A stretch of 64,000 nucleotides of DNA from Desulfatiglandales bacterium (GCA_963667015.2 CAXXJJ010000004.1:3296001-3360000); one strand, 5' to 3'; counted from the stretch's first letter, positions 1 to 10,518 are shown. The notes: a model not told the origin generated them from the letters alone. Numbers and translations are program-made.

Positions 1-6
1 TTTAAC

Positions 7-1029
7 TTGGATCTTAATCTTGAAAAAATCGCCGAACATATAAAGGGCACGGTAATCAGGGATAAACAGGGCCAGATAACCGGAATCAACTCCCTGGAAA
101 ATGCGAAAGAGGGGGATATCGCCTTTTTTTATGATATGAGGTATAAAGAACAGGCATTGGGAACCAGGGCAACTGCCCTGGTAGTATCTGAGTCAATAGA
201 AGGTTTTGCCGGCGGGCAGATACTGGTGGACAATCCCAAACTGGCCTATGCAAGACTTGCTGCCCTGTTCGCGCCTCCTGTTGCTGCATATCAGGGTATC
301 AGCAGGGAGGCTGTAGTTGAAGAGAGCGCTGTAACCGGAAAAGACGTATCAATCTACCCGATGGTCTATGTGGGTAATAATGCTGTAATAGGTGACAATG
401 TCATTCTTTTTCCGGGTGTTTTTATCGGGAACAATGTAAAGATCGGAAATAACAGCATACTGCATCCCAATGTTTCTGTTATCCATGACTGTACAATCGG
501 AGCGAATGTTATAATCCATGCAGGATGTGTAATAGGCAGCGACGGTTTCGGATATGTCCAGAGCAAGGAAGGGAATATCAAGGTTCCTCAACTGGGAAAT
601 GTCCGGATAGATGATGATGTTGAAATAGGAGCAAATACTACTGTTGACCGTGCAGCCCATGGGACCACCCACATAAAAAAAGGTGTAAAAATAGACAATC
701 TTGTACAGATTGCCCATAATGTTGTTATCGGGGAACACAGTATCGTCGTGGCATTGACAGGTATTTCAGGCAGTGTAAATGTAGGCAAAAATGTTATCAT
801 AGGAGGCCAGGTAGGCATCAAGGATCACATAACCATTGGGGACTGGGCACAGGTTGGTTCTGCTGCCGGAGTACATAAGTCAATTGCCGAAGGCGAGGCA
901 GTCCTGGGAAATCCTACAATGCCGCCCAGGCAGTGGATGGAAACACGAGCACTGATAAAAAAACTCCCTGAATTGAATAAAAAAGTAAAGGAACTTGAAA
1001 AAAAACTCAAGGCCATTGAAGATAAGTAA
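7..1029 (+). CDS. lpxD: UDP-3-O-(3-hydroxyacyl)glucosamine N-acyltransferase
   Basis: 340 aa; hexapeptide repeats; [20 protein letters not shown] and [12 protein letters not shown] motifs; first gene of the lpxD-fabZ-lpxA cluster; TTG start. Confidence 0.96.
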   Translation: MDLNLEKIAEHIKGTVIRDKQGQITGINSLENAKEGDIAFFYDMRYKEQALGTRATALVVSESIEGFAGGQILVDNPKLAYARLAALFAPPVAAYQGISREAVVEESAVTGKDVSIYPMVYVGNNAVIGDNVILFPGVFIGNNVKIGNNSILHPNVSVIHDCTIGANVIIHAGCVIGSDGFGYVQSKEGNIKVPQLGNVRIDDDVEIGANTTVDRAAHGTTHIKKGVKIDNLVQIAHNVVIGEHSIVVALTGISGSVNVGKNVIIGGQVGIKDHITIGDWAQVGSAAGVHKSIAEGEAVLGNPTMPPRQWMETRALIKKLPELNKKVKELEKKLKAIEDK

Positions 1030-1062
1030 TAAAGAAAAACCCGGAAAATAGAGAGAGAAACT

Positions 1063-1512
1063 ATGGAACTTCCAATAACATATAAGGAGATAGTCAAACT
1101 ACTCCCCCATCGCTACCCTTTTCTGCTCGTTGACAGGATTACGGAATATGAACCCTTGAAAAGGGCTGTCGGATATAAAAACGTAACCGCCAACGAAGAG
1201 TTTTTCCAGGGACATTTTCCCGGGGACCCCATTATGCCGGGAGTATTGATAGTAGAGGCAATGGGCCAGACAGCAGGTATCCTTGCCCGTCTTTCCATGA
1301 TGGAAGGTGAGGAAGGAGATATTAAGCCTGGACTTGTGATTTTTATGGGCATTGACAAGGTAAAATTCAGAAGACAGGTTGTCCCTGGAGATCAGCTCAG
1401 GTTTGAAGTGGAAACCATCAGGACAGGCTCAAAGGTCTGGAAAATTGCTGGCAAGGCCTATGTAGAAGACAGCCTTGCCGCCCAGGCGGAAATGACAGCG
1501 CAGCTCCTTTAA
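1063..1512 (+). CDS. fabZ: 3-hydroxyacyl-ACP dehydratase
   Basis: LPHRYPFLLVD, FFQGHFPGDPIMPGVLIVEAMGQ and KFRRQVVPGD motifs. Confidence 0.97.
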   Translation: MELPITYKEIVKLLPHRYPFLLVDRITEYEPLKRAVGYKNVTANEEFFQGHFPGDPIMPGVLIVEAMGQTAGILARLSMMEGEEGDIKPGLVIFMGIDKVKFRRQVVPGDQLRFEVETIRTGSKVWKIAGKAYVEDSLAAQAEMTAQLL

Positions 1513-1527
1513 TCGTGTGTACTATAA

Positions 1528-2334
1528 ATGACAAAAATTCATGCAACAGCAGTTATAACACCCGGCGCCGAGATATCCGAGGATGTCGAAATAGGACCAT
1601 TTACCGTAATTGGCGAACATGTCAGGATTGGCAAAAACACGAAGATCGGTGCTCATAGTATAATTGAGGGCAATACAGAGATTGGAGACAATAACAATAT
1701 CTCCCATTTTGTTACCATCGGAACTCCTCCCCAGGATATCGGGTATAAAGGGGAAGATACACGCGTAGTTATTGGCAGCAATAATACAATAAGAGAGTAC
1801 ACCACAATTCACAGGGCGACCACCAAACAGAACTGGGAAACGGTTATTGGAAACGATAATTATATAATGTGCTATTCACACATTGCCCATGACTGCGTTC
1901 TCGGCAGCAACATCATCATGGTCAATGCCGCAACCCTGGGTGGACACACGAATATCGGAGATCATGTTACTTTAAGTGCATTTATTGCCACTCATCAGTT
2001 TGTGAGGATCGGTGAATATGCATTTATAAGCGGAATTACAGGGCTTCCTCAGGATATTCCTCCCTATATGATGGCATCAGGACCACGGGCAAGTCTTTAT
2101 GGACTCAATCTTGTGGGCCTGCGGCGTAACGGATTTACGAGGGAAGCCATTACCGGTCTCAAAAAGGCTTACCGGATAATATGGCGTGAAAGCAGAACGT
2201 TAAAAAACGGCATAAAAAGGGTGACGGAAGAAATGGACTCATTCCCCGAACTCGAAGTCCTCATGGACTTTCTGGCTGCTGATTCTGCAAGGGGAATAAC
2301 CCGTGGAGCAAAATCAGAGGATGAAGATCAGTAA
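1528..2334 (+). CDS. lpxA: Acyl-ACP--UDP-N-acetylglucosamine O-acyltransferase
   Basis: IHATAVI start, hexapeptide repeats, PPQDIGYKGE, IREYTTIHRAT, HIAHDC, HQFVRIG, GLNLVGLRR. Confidence 0.97.
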   Translation: MTKIHATAVITPGAEISEDVEIGPFTVIGEHVRIGKNTKIGAHSIIEGNTEIGDNNNISHFVTIGTPPQDIGYKGEDTRVVIGSNNTIREYTTIHRATTKQNWETVIGNDNYIMCYSHIAHDCVLGSNIIMVNAATLGGHTNIGDHVTLSAFIATHQFVRIGEYAFISGITGLPQDIPPYMMASGPRASLYGLNLVGLRRNGFTREAITGLKKAYRIIWRESRTLKNGIKRVTEEMDSFPELEVLMDFLAADSARGITRGAKSEDEDQ

Positions 2335-2337
2335 CCG

Positions 2338-3167
2338 ATGGCAGGAGAGATTGACAATATCGGTATTATAGCTGGCGGCGGCCAGTTTCCGATGATAGTA
2401 GCAGATGCTGCAAAAAAACAGGGAATGCATGTCACGGCTGTCGCCTTTGAAGGAGAGGCGGATAGGGAGCTTTCCAACCGGGTCGATGAAATAATATGGA
2501 TAAAGATCGGACAGCTTGGAAAACTGATAAAGGCCTTTAAGCAGAGAAATGTTGCCAGGGCCCTTATGGCCGGAACTATCAACAAGGGTAAAATGTTTGG
2601 AGACATTCATCCGGACCTGAAGGGCATTGCATTTTTATCAAAATTGCCATATTTCATGATGACAATATATTAAGAGCCCTTGCCAATGAACTTTTTGAGG
2701 AAGGCATTGAGATTGTCAGTTCAACCATTTATCTGCCTGAACTTTTAGCCCCTGAAGGGTGTCTTACAAAGAGAAAACCTGGCAGGGATGAAAAAAAGGA
2801 TATAGAAATCGGCTGGAAGGTAGCCAAGGAACTGGGAAGGCTGGATATTGGCCAGTGCGTTGTCATCAGGAACAAGACTATCCTTGCCCTTGAGGCAATC
2901 GATGGTACCAATGCCACGATACTTAGGGGCGGCAGGATCGCAGGCGAAAAGGCAGTTGTTGTCAAGGTCAGCAAGCCAGATCAGGATCTTCGGTTTGATG
3001 TCCCTTCAATAGGCCTTGAAACAATAAGGTCAATGATTGAGGTAAAGGCCGGGTTACTGGCTGTTGAAGCAGGGAAGACCCTTGTCTTTGACAGGGAAAA
3101 AATGATCAGTCTTGCCAATGAAAATAAAATATCGATTATCTCCTGTAATTTGCAGGACATTAAATAA
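2338..3167 (+). pseudogene. lpxI: UDP-2,3-diacylglucosamine diphosphatase LpxI with a single-base frameshift near 2632-2643 (real lesion or sequencing error)
   Basis: The frame from 2338 (IGIIAGGGQFP...KIGQLGK) stops at 2673. The frame starting at 2643 continues IAIFHDDNILRALANELFEEG...DIGQ...EAIDGT...KPDQDLRFDVPSIG...EAGKT to TAA at 3165-3167 with no stop. Adding one base in T5 (2632-2636) or A4 (2640-2643) gives a 276-aa protein. Confidence 0.9.
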
Positions 3168-3194
3168 ATTAAACAGGAATAAGGTTTAAAAAAA

Positions 3195-4172
3195 ATGATC
3201 AAAAAGGATGAAAAAGTAAGGGTTTGTGTAATTGGCGTTGGCCAGATGGGTGAAAAACATGTTGAGAAATATTCCAGTAACTCCAGTGTAGAGCTTGTAG
3301 GGGTATCTGATTTAAATATTGAAAGAGCAAGGGAAATAGGCGAAAAATATAATGTTAAGGTATTTGAAAATCATATGGACCTTCTGCCCCAGGTTGATGC
3401 GGCAAGCCTGGCGGTCACAACTGAAAAACATTTTGATGTGGCAATAGACATATTAAATTCGGGCGTGAACATGCTCATAGAAAAGCCCATAACCTACGAC
3501 CTTGAAAGCGCTGACGCACTCCTTAATAAAGCCGAAGAAAAAAACCTGATCCTGCATGTGGGCCTGGTAGAACGTTTTAACCCGGCAGTAGTCAGAATCT
3601 CAGACTACCTGAACAACCCGCTCTTTATAGAAACACACCGGATGAATAAATTCACCGAAAGGGGAACAGATGTTGATGTTGTTCTTGACCTGATGATTCA
3701 TGATCTTGATATTGTTCTCAATCTGGTTCCATCTGAAGTCAAGGAAATACACTCCATAGGAATGTGCGTTATTACCGATAAAACAGATATTGCCAATGTC
3801 AGGATTATCTTTGAAAACGGTACAGTGGCAAATCTCACCGCCAGTAGAATAGCTGAAAAAACCCTCAGAAAGATCCGTGTCTTCCAGCCCGATGCATATA
3901 TCCATGCCAACTGTTACAGAAAGGAATTCAGTATCACCCGTTTAAATGAAGGTGCTGAAGACAGGATTAATCTTGCAAAACTGAAAACAGAAAATGTAAA
4001 ATTTGAAAACAGCGATCCACTGGCCGATCAGATCAACCATTTCGTGGCAGAGGTACGCAAGGGGAAACAGCCTGACTCCACAGAAAGGGATGAAAGAAAG
4101 GCCCTCAAGATTGCACTCTATGTAATTGAGCAGATACATAAGGAATGCAGGACATTCCTTCCCGTTAACTAA
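3195..4172 (+). CDS. Gfo/Idh/MocA-family NAD-dependent oxidoreductase, GnnA-like (putative UDP-GlcNAc 3-dehydrogenase)
   Basis: VIGVGQMG Rossmann motif, LIEKPI, ERFNPA, DVDVVLDLMIHDLD and ANLTASR; located between lpxA/lpxI and lpxB. Confidence 0.85.
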   Translation: MIKKDEKVRVCVIGVGQMGEKHVEKYSSNSSVELVGVSDLNIERAREIGEKYNVKVFENHMDLLPQVDAASLAVTTEKHFDVAIDILNSGVNMLIEKPITYDLESADALLNKAEEKNLILHVGLVERFNPAVVRISDYLNNPLFIETHRMNKFTERGTDVDVVLDLMIHDLDIVLNLVPSEVKEIHSIGMCVITDKTDIANVRIIFENGTVANLTASRIAEKTLRKIRVFQPDAYIHANCYRKEFSITRLNEGAEDRINLAKLKTENVKFENSDPLADQINHFVAEVRKGKQPDSTERDERKALKIALYVIEQIHKECRTFLPVN

Positions 4173-4199
4173 AACTGTTTGCTTTTACATAAGGCAGCC

Positions 4200-5363
4200 G
4201 TGACAAAATACAGCTCAAAACATGTACTTATCGTAGCAGGAGAGGCCTCGGGAGACCTACACGGGGCCAATCTGGTAAAGGCCATGAAAGAACTGGACCG
4301 TGATATCCTGTTCCAGGGCATTGGCGGCGATAAAATGGTCCTGGCCGGTGTCGATATTATTGAGCATTCTTCTCAGATGGCGGTTGTCGGGCTCACAGAG
4401 GTACTTTCCAGGTCAAACATTATCCTCAAATCCTACTTCAAACTGCGCTCTATTCTTAAAAATGAACGGCCTGACCTCCTTATATTGATTGATTATCCCG
4501 GCTTCAACATCAGCCTGGCAGGTGCTGCAAAAAAATTTGGAGTTCCTGTACTTTACTACATCAGTCCCCAGCTCTGGGCATGGAGGAGCGGCAGGGCAAA
4601 AAAGATATCCGATCGGGTAGACAGAATGGCAGTAATACTTCCCTTTGAAAAGGATTTTTACCTTGAAATGGGGACAGATATGCCGGTTGATTATGTGGGC
4701 CACCCCCTGATGGACCAGGTTCCAGGGAATCTTAAAGAGGATAAAATAAAAAGTGAATTCGGGATTAACAGCGGCGATACAGTTATTGGTCTTCTGCCCG
4801 GAAGCAGGAATGAGGAGATAAAAAAACTATTACCGGATATGCTCGGTGCAGCAGAGATAATATCCTCCAGGATGGAAAATCTAAAATGCATTCTTCCTGT
4901 AGCCCCTACTATTTCAGAGGACCTAATAGAAAAAATAACAGAAACTTCACCACTGACTGTTATAACAACCGGTAAAGGCGTTTACCCGGTCCTTAAGATT
5001 TCTGATCTTGCATTTGTCGCCTCGGGTACAGCTACCCTGGAAACAGCTATTATGGGTGTTCCCATGATTATCACATACCGTACTTCACCCATTACATTCA
5101 GCATCGCGAAACGGGTAGTAAAGGTGCCCTATGTGGGGCTTGTAAATCTGGTAGCAGGGGAAGAAGTGGCCCCTGAGCTTTTGCAGAAAGAAGTTGCTCC
5201 TCAAATCATTGCTGACAGGGCACTGGAGATTCTTGATGATATTGATAAAAAAACAGCTATCAGGGAAAAACTTGAGAAGGTCAGAATCAGCCTCGGAGAA
5301 CCTGGCGCCTCGGTAAGGACAGCAGCTATAGCCTTTCAAATGATGAAGGTAAGCACAGGATAA
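4200..5363 (+). CDS. lpxB: Lipid-A-disaccharide synthase
   Basis: VAGEASGDLHG, IDYPGFN, YYISPQLWAWR, VGHPL, LLPGSR, SGTATLE. GTG at 4200 follows AAGG and is preferred over TTG at 4179. Confidence 0.96.
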   Translation: MTKYSSKHVLIVAGEASGDLHGANLVKAMKELDRDILFQGIGGDKMVLAGVDIIEHSSQMAVVGLTEVLSRSNIILKSYFKLRSILKNERPDLLILIDYPGFNISLAGAAKKFGVPVLYYISPQLWAWRSGRAKKISDRVDRMAVILPFEKDFYLEMGTDMPVDYVGHPLMDQVPGNLKEDKIKSEFGINSGDTVIGLLPGSRNEEIKKLLPDMLGAAEIISSRMENLKCILPVAPTISEDLIEKITETSPLTVITTGKGVYPVLKISDLAFVASGTATLETAIMGVPMIITYRTSPITFSIAKRVVKVPYVGLVNLVAGEEVAPELLQKEVAPQIIADRALEILDDIDKKTAIREKLEKVRISLGEPGASVRTAAIAFQMMKVSTG

Positions 5364-5387
5364 AAGTACGGTTTACAGGATATCTGA

Positions 5388-6773
5388 ATGGCCAGATCGA
5401 TTTTAGTAATAGATGACGAAAAAAGCATCCTTAAGACCATCGAGGGTATACTCACTGATGAGGGATTTGAAGTCCATTGTGAACTGAGTGCGGTCTCTGC
5501 CCTGAAACAAATCGATGAAATGATGCCGGATCTTGTCATTCTTGATATCTGGATGCCCGATATGAACGGGATCGATGCCCTTGTAAAGATCAAACAGGAT
5601 TACCCTTATATCCAGGTCATAATGATGTCAGGTCACGCTGACGTTGAAACCGCTGTCAAGGCAACCAAACTGGGGGCCTATGATTTTATTGAAAAACCCC
5701 TCACTATCGAAGAGCTGCTGCTGGCCGTAAATAATGCCCTTAACTTTTACCAGCTGGAAGAAGAGATTGGTATCCTCAGGGAAAGGGATAAAAACAGATA
5801 TCATATAACCGGCAACAGTGAAGCGGTCAAAAAGCTGAAGGAGAGCATAGAGAAGGTTGCTCCGACAAATGCCTCGATCCTTATTATGGGTGAAAACGGG
5901 ACAGGAAAGGAGCTGGTCGCCCATTCGATTCACAGGCTTAGTACAAGAAGTCACAAGCCCATGATCGAAGTTAACTGCGCTGCTATTCCCGAAGAGCTGA
6001 TTGAAAGTGAACTCTTTGGTCATGAAAAAGGGGCATTTACTGGTGCAGGGGCAAAAAAAAAGGGGAAATTTGACATTGCCCATGAAGGCACTCTCTTTCT
6101 TGATGAAATAGGTGATATGAGCCTCAAGGCCCAGTCAAAAACATTGAGGATTTTACAGGAACAGAAGTTTGAGCGGGTCGGTGGAGCAAGGACTATTCAT
6201 GTGAATGTCAGAATAATCTCGGCTACGAACAAGGATCTGATGCATGAGATAGAGGAAGGTAATTTCAGGGAAGACCTTTTTTACAGGCTTAATGTAGTGC
6301 CTATTTCTGTGCCTCCACTCAGAGAAAGAACCGAGGATATTCCTGAACTTATATCAACCTTTATGAACCAGAGATCCCTCACTGCAGACCAGGGCAAAAA
6401 ACAGTTTTCGGACGAGGCCCTTGAGCTGTTAAAACTGTATAACTGGCCGGGGAATGTGAGAGAGTTGAAAAATCTGGTAGAAAACCTTATAATCATGTCA
6501 AGTGACAATGTGATAAAAATTGATGATATCCCGGCACCATATAATAATTTGTCGACTAAAAAAGAAGAATATGATAATACATTTCTGGATATAGACAGTT
6601 ACAAGGATGCGAGGATTATCTTCGAAAAGGCTTTTATCTCTGCAAAGCTTAAGAAATTCAAGGGTAATATCTCACAGACCGCGGAAGCAATAGGTGTTGA
6701 GAGAAGCAATCTTCATAAGAAGATCAAGGCCTATGGCCTGGAGGATTTCAGAACGGGAAAAGACGGGTTATAA
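5388..6773 (+). CDS. Sigma-54-dependent response regulator (NtrX/NtrC family)
   Basis: Receiver domain (LVIDDE, LDIWMP, FIEKP), AAA+ domain (GENGTGKE, ESELFGHEKGAFTGA, FLDEIGDM, WPGNVRELKN) and C-terminal Fis-type HTH. Confidence 0.93.
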   Translation: MARSILVIDDEKSILKTIEGILTDEGFEVHCELSAVSALKQIDEMMPDLVILDIWMPDMNGIDALVKIKQDYPYIQVIMMSGHADVETAVKATKLGAYDFIEKPLTIEELLLAVNNALNFYQLEEEIGILRERDKNRYHITGNSEAVKKLKESIEKVAPTNASILIMGENGTGKELVAHSIHRLSTRSHKPMIEVNCAAIPEELIESELFGHEKGAFTGAGAKKKGKFDIAHEGTLFLDEIGDMSLKAQSKTLRILQEQKFERVGGARTIHVNVRIISATNKDLMHEIEEGNFREDLFYRLNVVPISVPPLRERTEDIPELISTFMNQRSLTADQGKKQFSDEALELLKLYNWPGNVRELKNLVENLIIMSSDNVIKIDDIPAPYNNLSTKKEEYDNTFLDIDSYKDARIIFEKAFISAKLKKFKGNISQTAEAIGVERSNLHKKIKAYGLEDFRTGKDGL

Positions 6774-6818
6774 ATCCGTTTCGATTATATACATTGATCA
6801 AGAAAAGAGGAAAATATT

Positions 6819-7232
6819 ATGGGAAGATTATCACTCGGAATAAAGAAAAAATCAGATGAAATAGAACTCAATATGTCTCCGCTTATTGATATGATATTCA
6901 TATTACTGATCTTTTTTCTGGTTACCACAACATTCGTAAAGGAATCCGGTGTTGACGTTAACCGACCGGTTGAGTCACAGAAAAAATCAACCGAGGAAAT
7001 ACCGAACATGATTATAAATGTTACAAGAGACGGAATGGTGTTTGTTGATAACCAGGCGATTGATATCCGGTCCGTAAGATCCAGAATGGAGCGTTTTAAG
7101 TATGAAAATCCCGATGGAAATGTAATTATAACATCCGATAAGCAAAGCCGGTTTGGTATTTCGGTCGAAGTTCTTGATCAGGTAAGGCTGGCAGGGATAA
7201 CAAATGTGGTTGTAGCCTCATCGGCCGAATAA
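6819..7232 (+). CDS. Biopolymer transport protein ExbD/TolR family
   Basis: LNMSPLIDMIFILLIFFLVTTTF transmembrane motif with the conserved Asp; C-terminal VLDQVRLAG. Confidence 0.92.
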   Translation: MGRLSLGIKKKSDEIELNMSPLIDMIFILLIFFLVTTTFVKESGVDVNRPVESQKKSTEEIPNMIINVTRDGMVFVDNQAIDIRSVRSRMERFKYENPDGNVIITSDKQSRFGISVEVLDQVRLAGITNVVVASSAE

Positions 7233-7281
7233 TTATGGGAGAGGTATAAAGCGGGGTTCTGTGAATAATAGACATTCAATA

Positions 7282-7857
7282 TCATAGAAAACTGTCTATC
7301 CTCTTCCAGATTTCATCCCTGCCCTCTCTTGTCTGGGCGGAAAATAATACAGGCTTTTCATCCGATAACCGGCTGAATGTACTGTCAAGTGCCTTCAGCC
7401 TTGCCTGCATTTCCTTTCGGTTAAGTTTATCCACCTTGGTAAATACAGGAATAAGCCCTTTATTGTATTCGGCAAGCCAGTTTATCAGGTTAATGTCATC
7501 ATCGGATATATTCCGCCTTATATCCATGATAACAACAACCGCCTTCAGATTATCACGGTATTTCAGATAGGACTCTACCATCTTGCCCCATGATGCCTTT
7601 ACTTTAAGAGGCACCCTTGCAAAACCGTATCCCGGCAGATCAACAAGACAGAGCCGGTCCTCTCCCACATTGAAAAAATTCAGGGCCTGGGTTCTTCCGG
7701 GCGTTGAGCTGGTTCTGGCCAGTTTTTTTCTGTTAACAAGGACATTAATAAGAGAGGATTTTCCCACATTTGATTTTCCTGCAAAGGCGATCTCCGGCCT
7801 GTCAGGAGGCGGGTAGTGACTCACATTAAAGGCGCTTTTTATAAATGATACATCCAT
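7282..7857 (-). CDS. engB: Ribosome biogenesis GTP-binding protein YihA/YsxC
   Basis: PEIAFAGKSNVGKSSLIN, TSSTPGRTQ, DLPGYG, TKVDK. Confidence 0.96.
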   Translation of the reverse strand: MDVSFIKSAFNVSHYPPPDRPEIAFAGKSNVGKSSLINVLVNRKKLARTSSTPGRTQALNFFNVGEDRLCLVDLPGYGFARVPLKVKASWGKMVESYLKYRDNLKAVVVIMDIRRNISDDDINLINWLAEYNKGLIPVFTKVDKLNRKEMQARLKALDSTFSRLSDEKPVLFSAQTREGRDEIWKRIDSFL

Positions 7858-9003
7858 CTATCTTTCCTTCAGATATTGCTCGACCCTGTCAAGACCTTCA
7901 GCGATATTTTCAATTGAGTTGGCGTATGAGAACCTTAGATAGCCTTCCCCGTTTTCACCAAAGTCAATGCCCGGTGTAATACCGACACCTGCCTTTTCGA
8001 GGATCTCAAATGACAGTTTATATGATTTTTCGGAAATATGCTTTGCATTTACAAACACATAAAATGCACCTCTGGGTTCAACAGGCAGATTAAATCCCAT
8101 TTTTTTTAATCTTTCTATCATGTAGATACGTCTTTCATTATAAACAGATCGCATCTTTTCAATATCATCATCTGCTTTTGTAAGTGCAGCTATCCCGGCC
8201 CACTGTGCAATACTGCTTGCTGAGATATAAAAATTCTGCTGGATCTTCTGTATAGGCCGTATGAATTCAGGAGGAGCTATCATGTACCCAAGCCGCCAGC
8301 CGGTCATTGCATGAAGCTTTGAAAATCCGTTAACAACAAATGCCCTGTCGGTATATTCCAGGATGCTGTGTTCCGCTTCTCCATAAACCAGCCCGTGATA
8401 GATCTCGTCTGATATTACATATGGTCCCAGCTCCGCTATCCCGGCCATTCTCTCAGGAGAAAGCAGGTTCCCCGTCGGGTTTGAAGGGCTGTTTATTAAA
8501 ATAGCCTGTGTTTTTGGGGTAATCTTTTTTCCTATTTCTGAAGGCCGGTACTGGAAGCCGTCCTCTTCAAAGACATCCACAAAACTCGGGACAGCCTTAA
8601 GAAAATGGGCAAAATTAGGATAACAGGGGTAATGAGGATTTGAGAGTATAATCTCATCCCCCGGTTCAAGTACTGCCGAATAGATCATAAACAGTGCCGG
8701 AGATGTCCCGGACGTGACCATCACCCTGTCAGGCGTTATTTTGACACCGTATTTATCAAGGTAATGTTCGCAGACTGTCTCCCTCAACTCGAGGAGACCG
8801 AGACTATGTGTGTAGTGTGTTTCTTCCCTTTTTATTGCATCGATTGCGGCTTCGGATATAGGTGAAGGGGTAGGAAAATCAGGCTCCCCAACCTCCAGGT
8901 GGATAATATCCCTGCCCTCTTTTTCAAGCTCCTGGGCACGCTCAAGTACGTCCATTACAATAAATGATGTTATATCTCTAGAGCGACTTGATACTGGAGT
9001 CAT
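7858..9003 (-). CDS. PLP-dependent aminotransferase class I/II (aspartate aminotransferase-like)
   Basis: GEPDFPTP, INSPSNPTG, SDEIY, NGFSKLHAMTGWRLG (PLP lysine), YLRFSYA. Confidence 0.93.
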   Translation of the reverse strand: MTPVSSRSRDITSFIVMDVLERAQELEKEGRDIIHLEVGEPDFPTPSPISEAAIDAIKREETHYTHSLGLLELRETVCEHYLDKYGVKITPDRVMVTSGTSPALFMIYSAVLEPGDEIILSNPHYPCYPNFAHFLKAVPSFVDVFEEDGFQYRPSEIGKKITPKTQAILINSPSNPTGNLLSPERMAGIAELGPYVISDEIYHGLVYGEAEHSILEYTDRAFVVNGFSKLHAMTGWRLGYMIAPPEFIRPIQKIQQNFYISASSIAQWAGIAALTKADDDIEKMRSVYNERRIYMIERLKKMGFNLPVEPRGAFYVFVNAKHISEKSYKLSFEILEKAGVGITPGIDFGENGEGYLRFSYANSIENIAEGLDRVEQYLKER

Positions 9004-9023
9004 GGAAAGCCTGTTATGTGTTT

Positions 9024-9896
9024 CTAGATTACCTTGTTTAAGGGATATTCAATTATGCCCTCGGCCCCTGCCTTGATAAGTTCGGGAATAAGCTCCCTCA
9101 CAACCTTTTCCTCCACCACGGTTTCAACAGAGGTCCATGTGGATTTATAAAGATGTGCCACAGTGGGTGCATTAAGGCTTGGCAAGAGATCGATGACCTT
9201 ATCCAGGTTTTTTTCGGACACGTTCATCTTTATACCTACCATGTTTTCAGCCCGGAGAGCCCCTTTAAGAAGAAGTATTATCTGGCCGATCTTTTCCTTC
9301 TTCCATTCATCCCTGTAGGATTCTTTGTTTGCAATGAGCTGGGTGTTTGACTGCATCAGCTCATAGATGATTTTTAAACCATGTGCCCTTATAGTGCTCC
9401 CTGTTTCCGTTACCTCAACAATGGCATCTGCCAGACCTGACACGACCTTTCCCTCGGTTGCACCCCAGGAAAACTCCACCTGAACATCAATATTTTTTTC
9501 GGCAAAATATCTCTTTGTGAAGTTCACAAGTTCGGTTGCTATTTTTTTACCCTGAAGATCCTTCAGCTCCTTTATTTCCGAGTCATTGGGTACTGCCAAA
9601 ACCCATCTGGCCGGATTCTGGCTTACCTTGCTGTAGAGCAAATCATCAACAACTACCACATCCGATTCATTCTCTCTTGTCCAGTCAAGGCCTGTAAGGC
9701 CGGCATCGATTGTCCCGTTTTCCACATACCTGGACATCTCCTGCGCGCGGCATATCGTACATTCGATTGTATCGTCATTAATGTCAGGGAAATAGCTCCT
9801 GCCATTGACATTGATCCGCCAGCCTGATTTTTCAAACAAAGCTATTGTAGAATTCTGAAGGCTCCCCTTGGGGATACCCAGTTTTAATTTTTTCAT
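9024..9896 (-). CDS. hisG: ATP phosphoribosyltransferase, long form
   Basis: [42 protein letters not shown]-terminal regulatory domain ending [14 protein letters not shown]. Confidence 0.95.
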   Translation of the reverse strand: MKKLKLGIPKGSLQNSTIALFEKSGWRINVNGRSYFPDINDDTIECTICRAQEMSRYVENGTIDAGLTGLDWTRENESDVVVVDDLLYSKVSQNPARWVLAVPNDSEIKELKDLQGKKIATELVNFTKRYFAEKNIDVQVEFSWGATEGKVVSGLADAIVEVTETGSTIRAHGLKIIYELMQSNTQLIANKESYRDEWKKEKIGQIILLLKGALRAENMVGIKMNVSEKNLDKVIDLLPSLNAPTVAHLYKSTWTSVETVVEEKVVRELIPELIKAGAEGIIEYPLNKVI

Positions 9897-9943
9897 TTTG
9901 ATTTACCTCATATTCATCCAAAAGCTGAGGCCTTTGGATGGTA

Positions 9944-10327
9944 TTATTTCTTTCCGTAAACTTCTTCGGGATCGAATATCTGTTCACCAACAATGGTAAC
10001 TTCACCATTGAAATCCACCTTTTGATAAAAGCAGGTTTCACGGCCGGTATGACATGCGGCGCCGCCGACCTGTTCGACCTTGAACACGACAGTATCATTA
10101 TCACAGTCAGCGTAAATTTCTTTTATCTTCTGAACGTTACCCGAGGTTCCGCCCTTGTGCCAGAGTTCGCTTCTGGATCTGCTGTAATAATGTACTTCAC
10201 CTGTTTCAAGGCTCTTTTCCCAGGATTCCTGGTTTATATACGCAAGCATAAGTATTTTACCTGTTTTATCGTCCTGGGCAATAGCCGGCAGCAATCCGTT
10301 TCCTTTTGTAAAATCAAGTTTAATCAT
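9944..10327 (-). CDS. hisI: Phosphoribosyl-AMP cyclohydrolase
   Basis: GLLPAIAQD, LMLAY, YYSRSRSELWHKGGTSG, DCDND, ACHTGRETCF. Homology starts at MIKLDF (ATG 10327), not at the longer ORF start. Confidence 0.95.
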   Translation of the reverse strand: MIKLDFTKGNGLLPAIAQDDKTGKILMLAYINQESWEKSLETGEVHYYSRSRSELWHKGGTSGNVQKIKEIYADCDNDTVVFKVEQVGGAACHTGRETCFYQKVDFNGEVTIVGEQIFDPEEVYGKK

Positions 10328-10481
10328 CTGCTTATTTTTACCTTTCATGATTATTCCTGTTAACACATAAATGATTCTCGTATGCCTGCAGGCAGCAGGC
10401 CACACAGGGTCTGTTAACAAGTTGCGTAACATAACATATTGAAATTTAAAAGCAAGTTAAAATTGGGTTAGACCCAACCAG

Positions 10482-10516
10482 ACCTTAAACCCTGAACCTC
10501 AAACCATAAACCTGTA
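10482..10516. repeat. Five degenerate heptamer tandem repeats (ACC-starting units)
   Basis: accttaa accctga acctcaa accataa acctgta, immediately downstream of the stop of the 10519..11316 gene. Confidence 0.5.
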
Positions 10517-10518
10517 TT

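Noticed and set aside
10358..10419. Two TGTTAACA palindromes 54 bp apart upstream of hisI as operators or IS ends
   Set aside because: Only 8 bp in AT-rich DNA, with no target duplication or known regulator to support them; no His-codon leader peptide seen
10328..10432. N-terminal extension of HisI in the ORF track
   Set aside because: No similarity to HisI before MIKLDF; likely leader or promoter DNA
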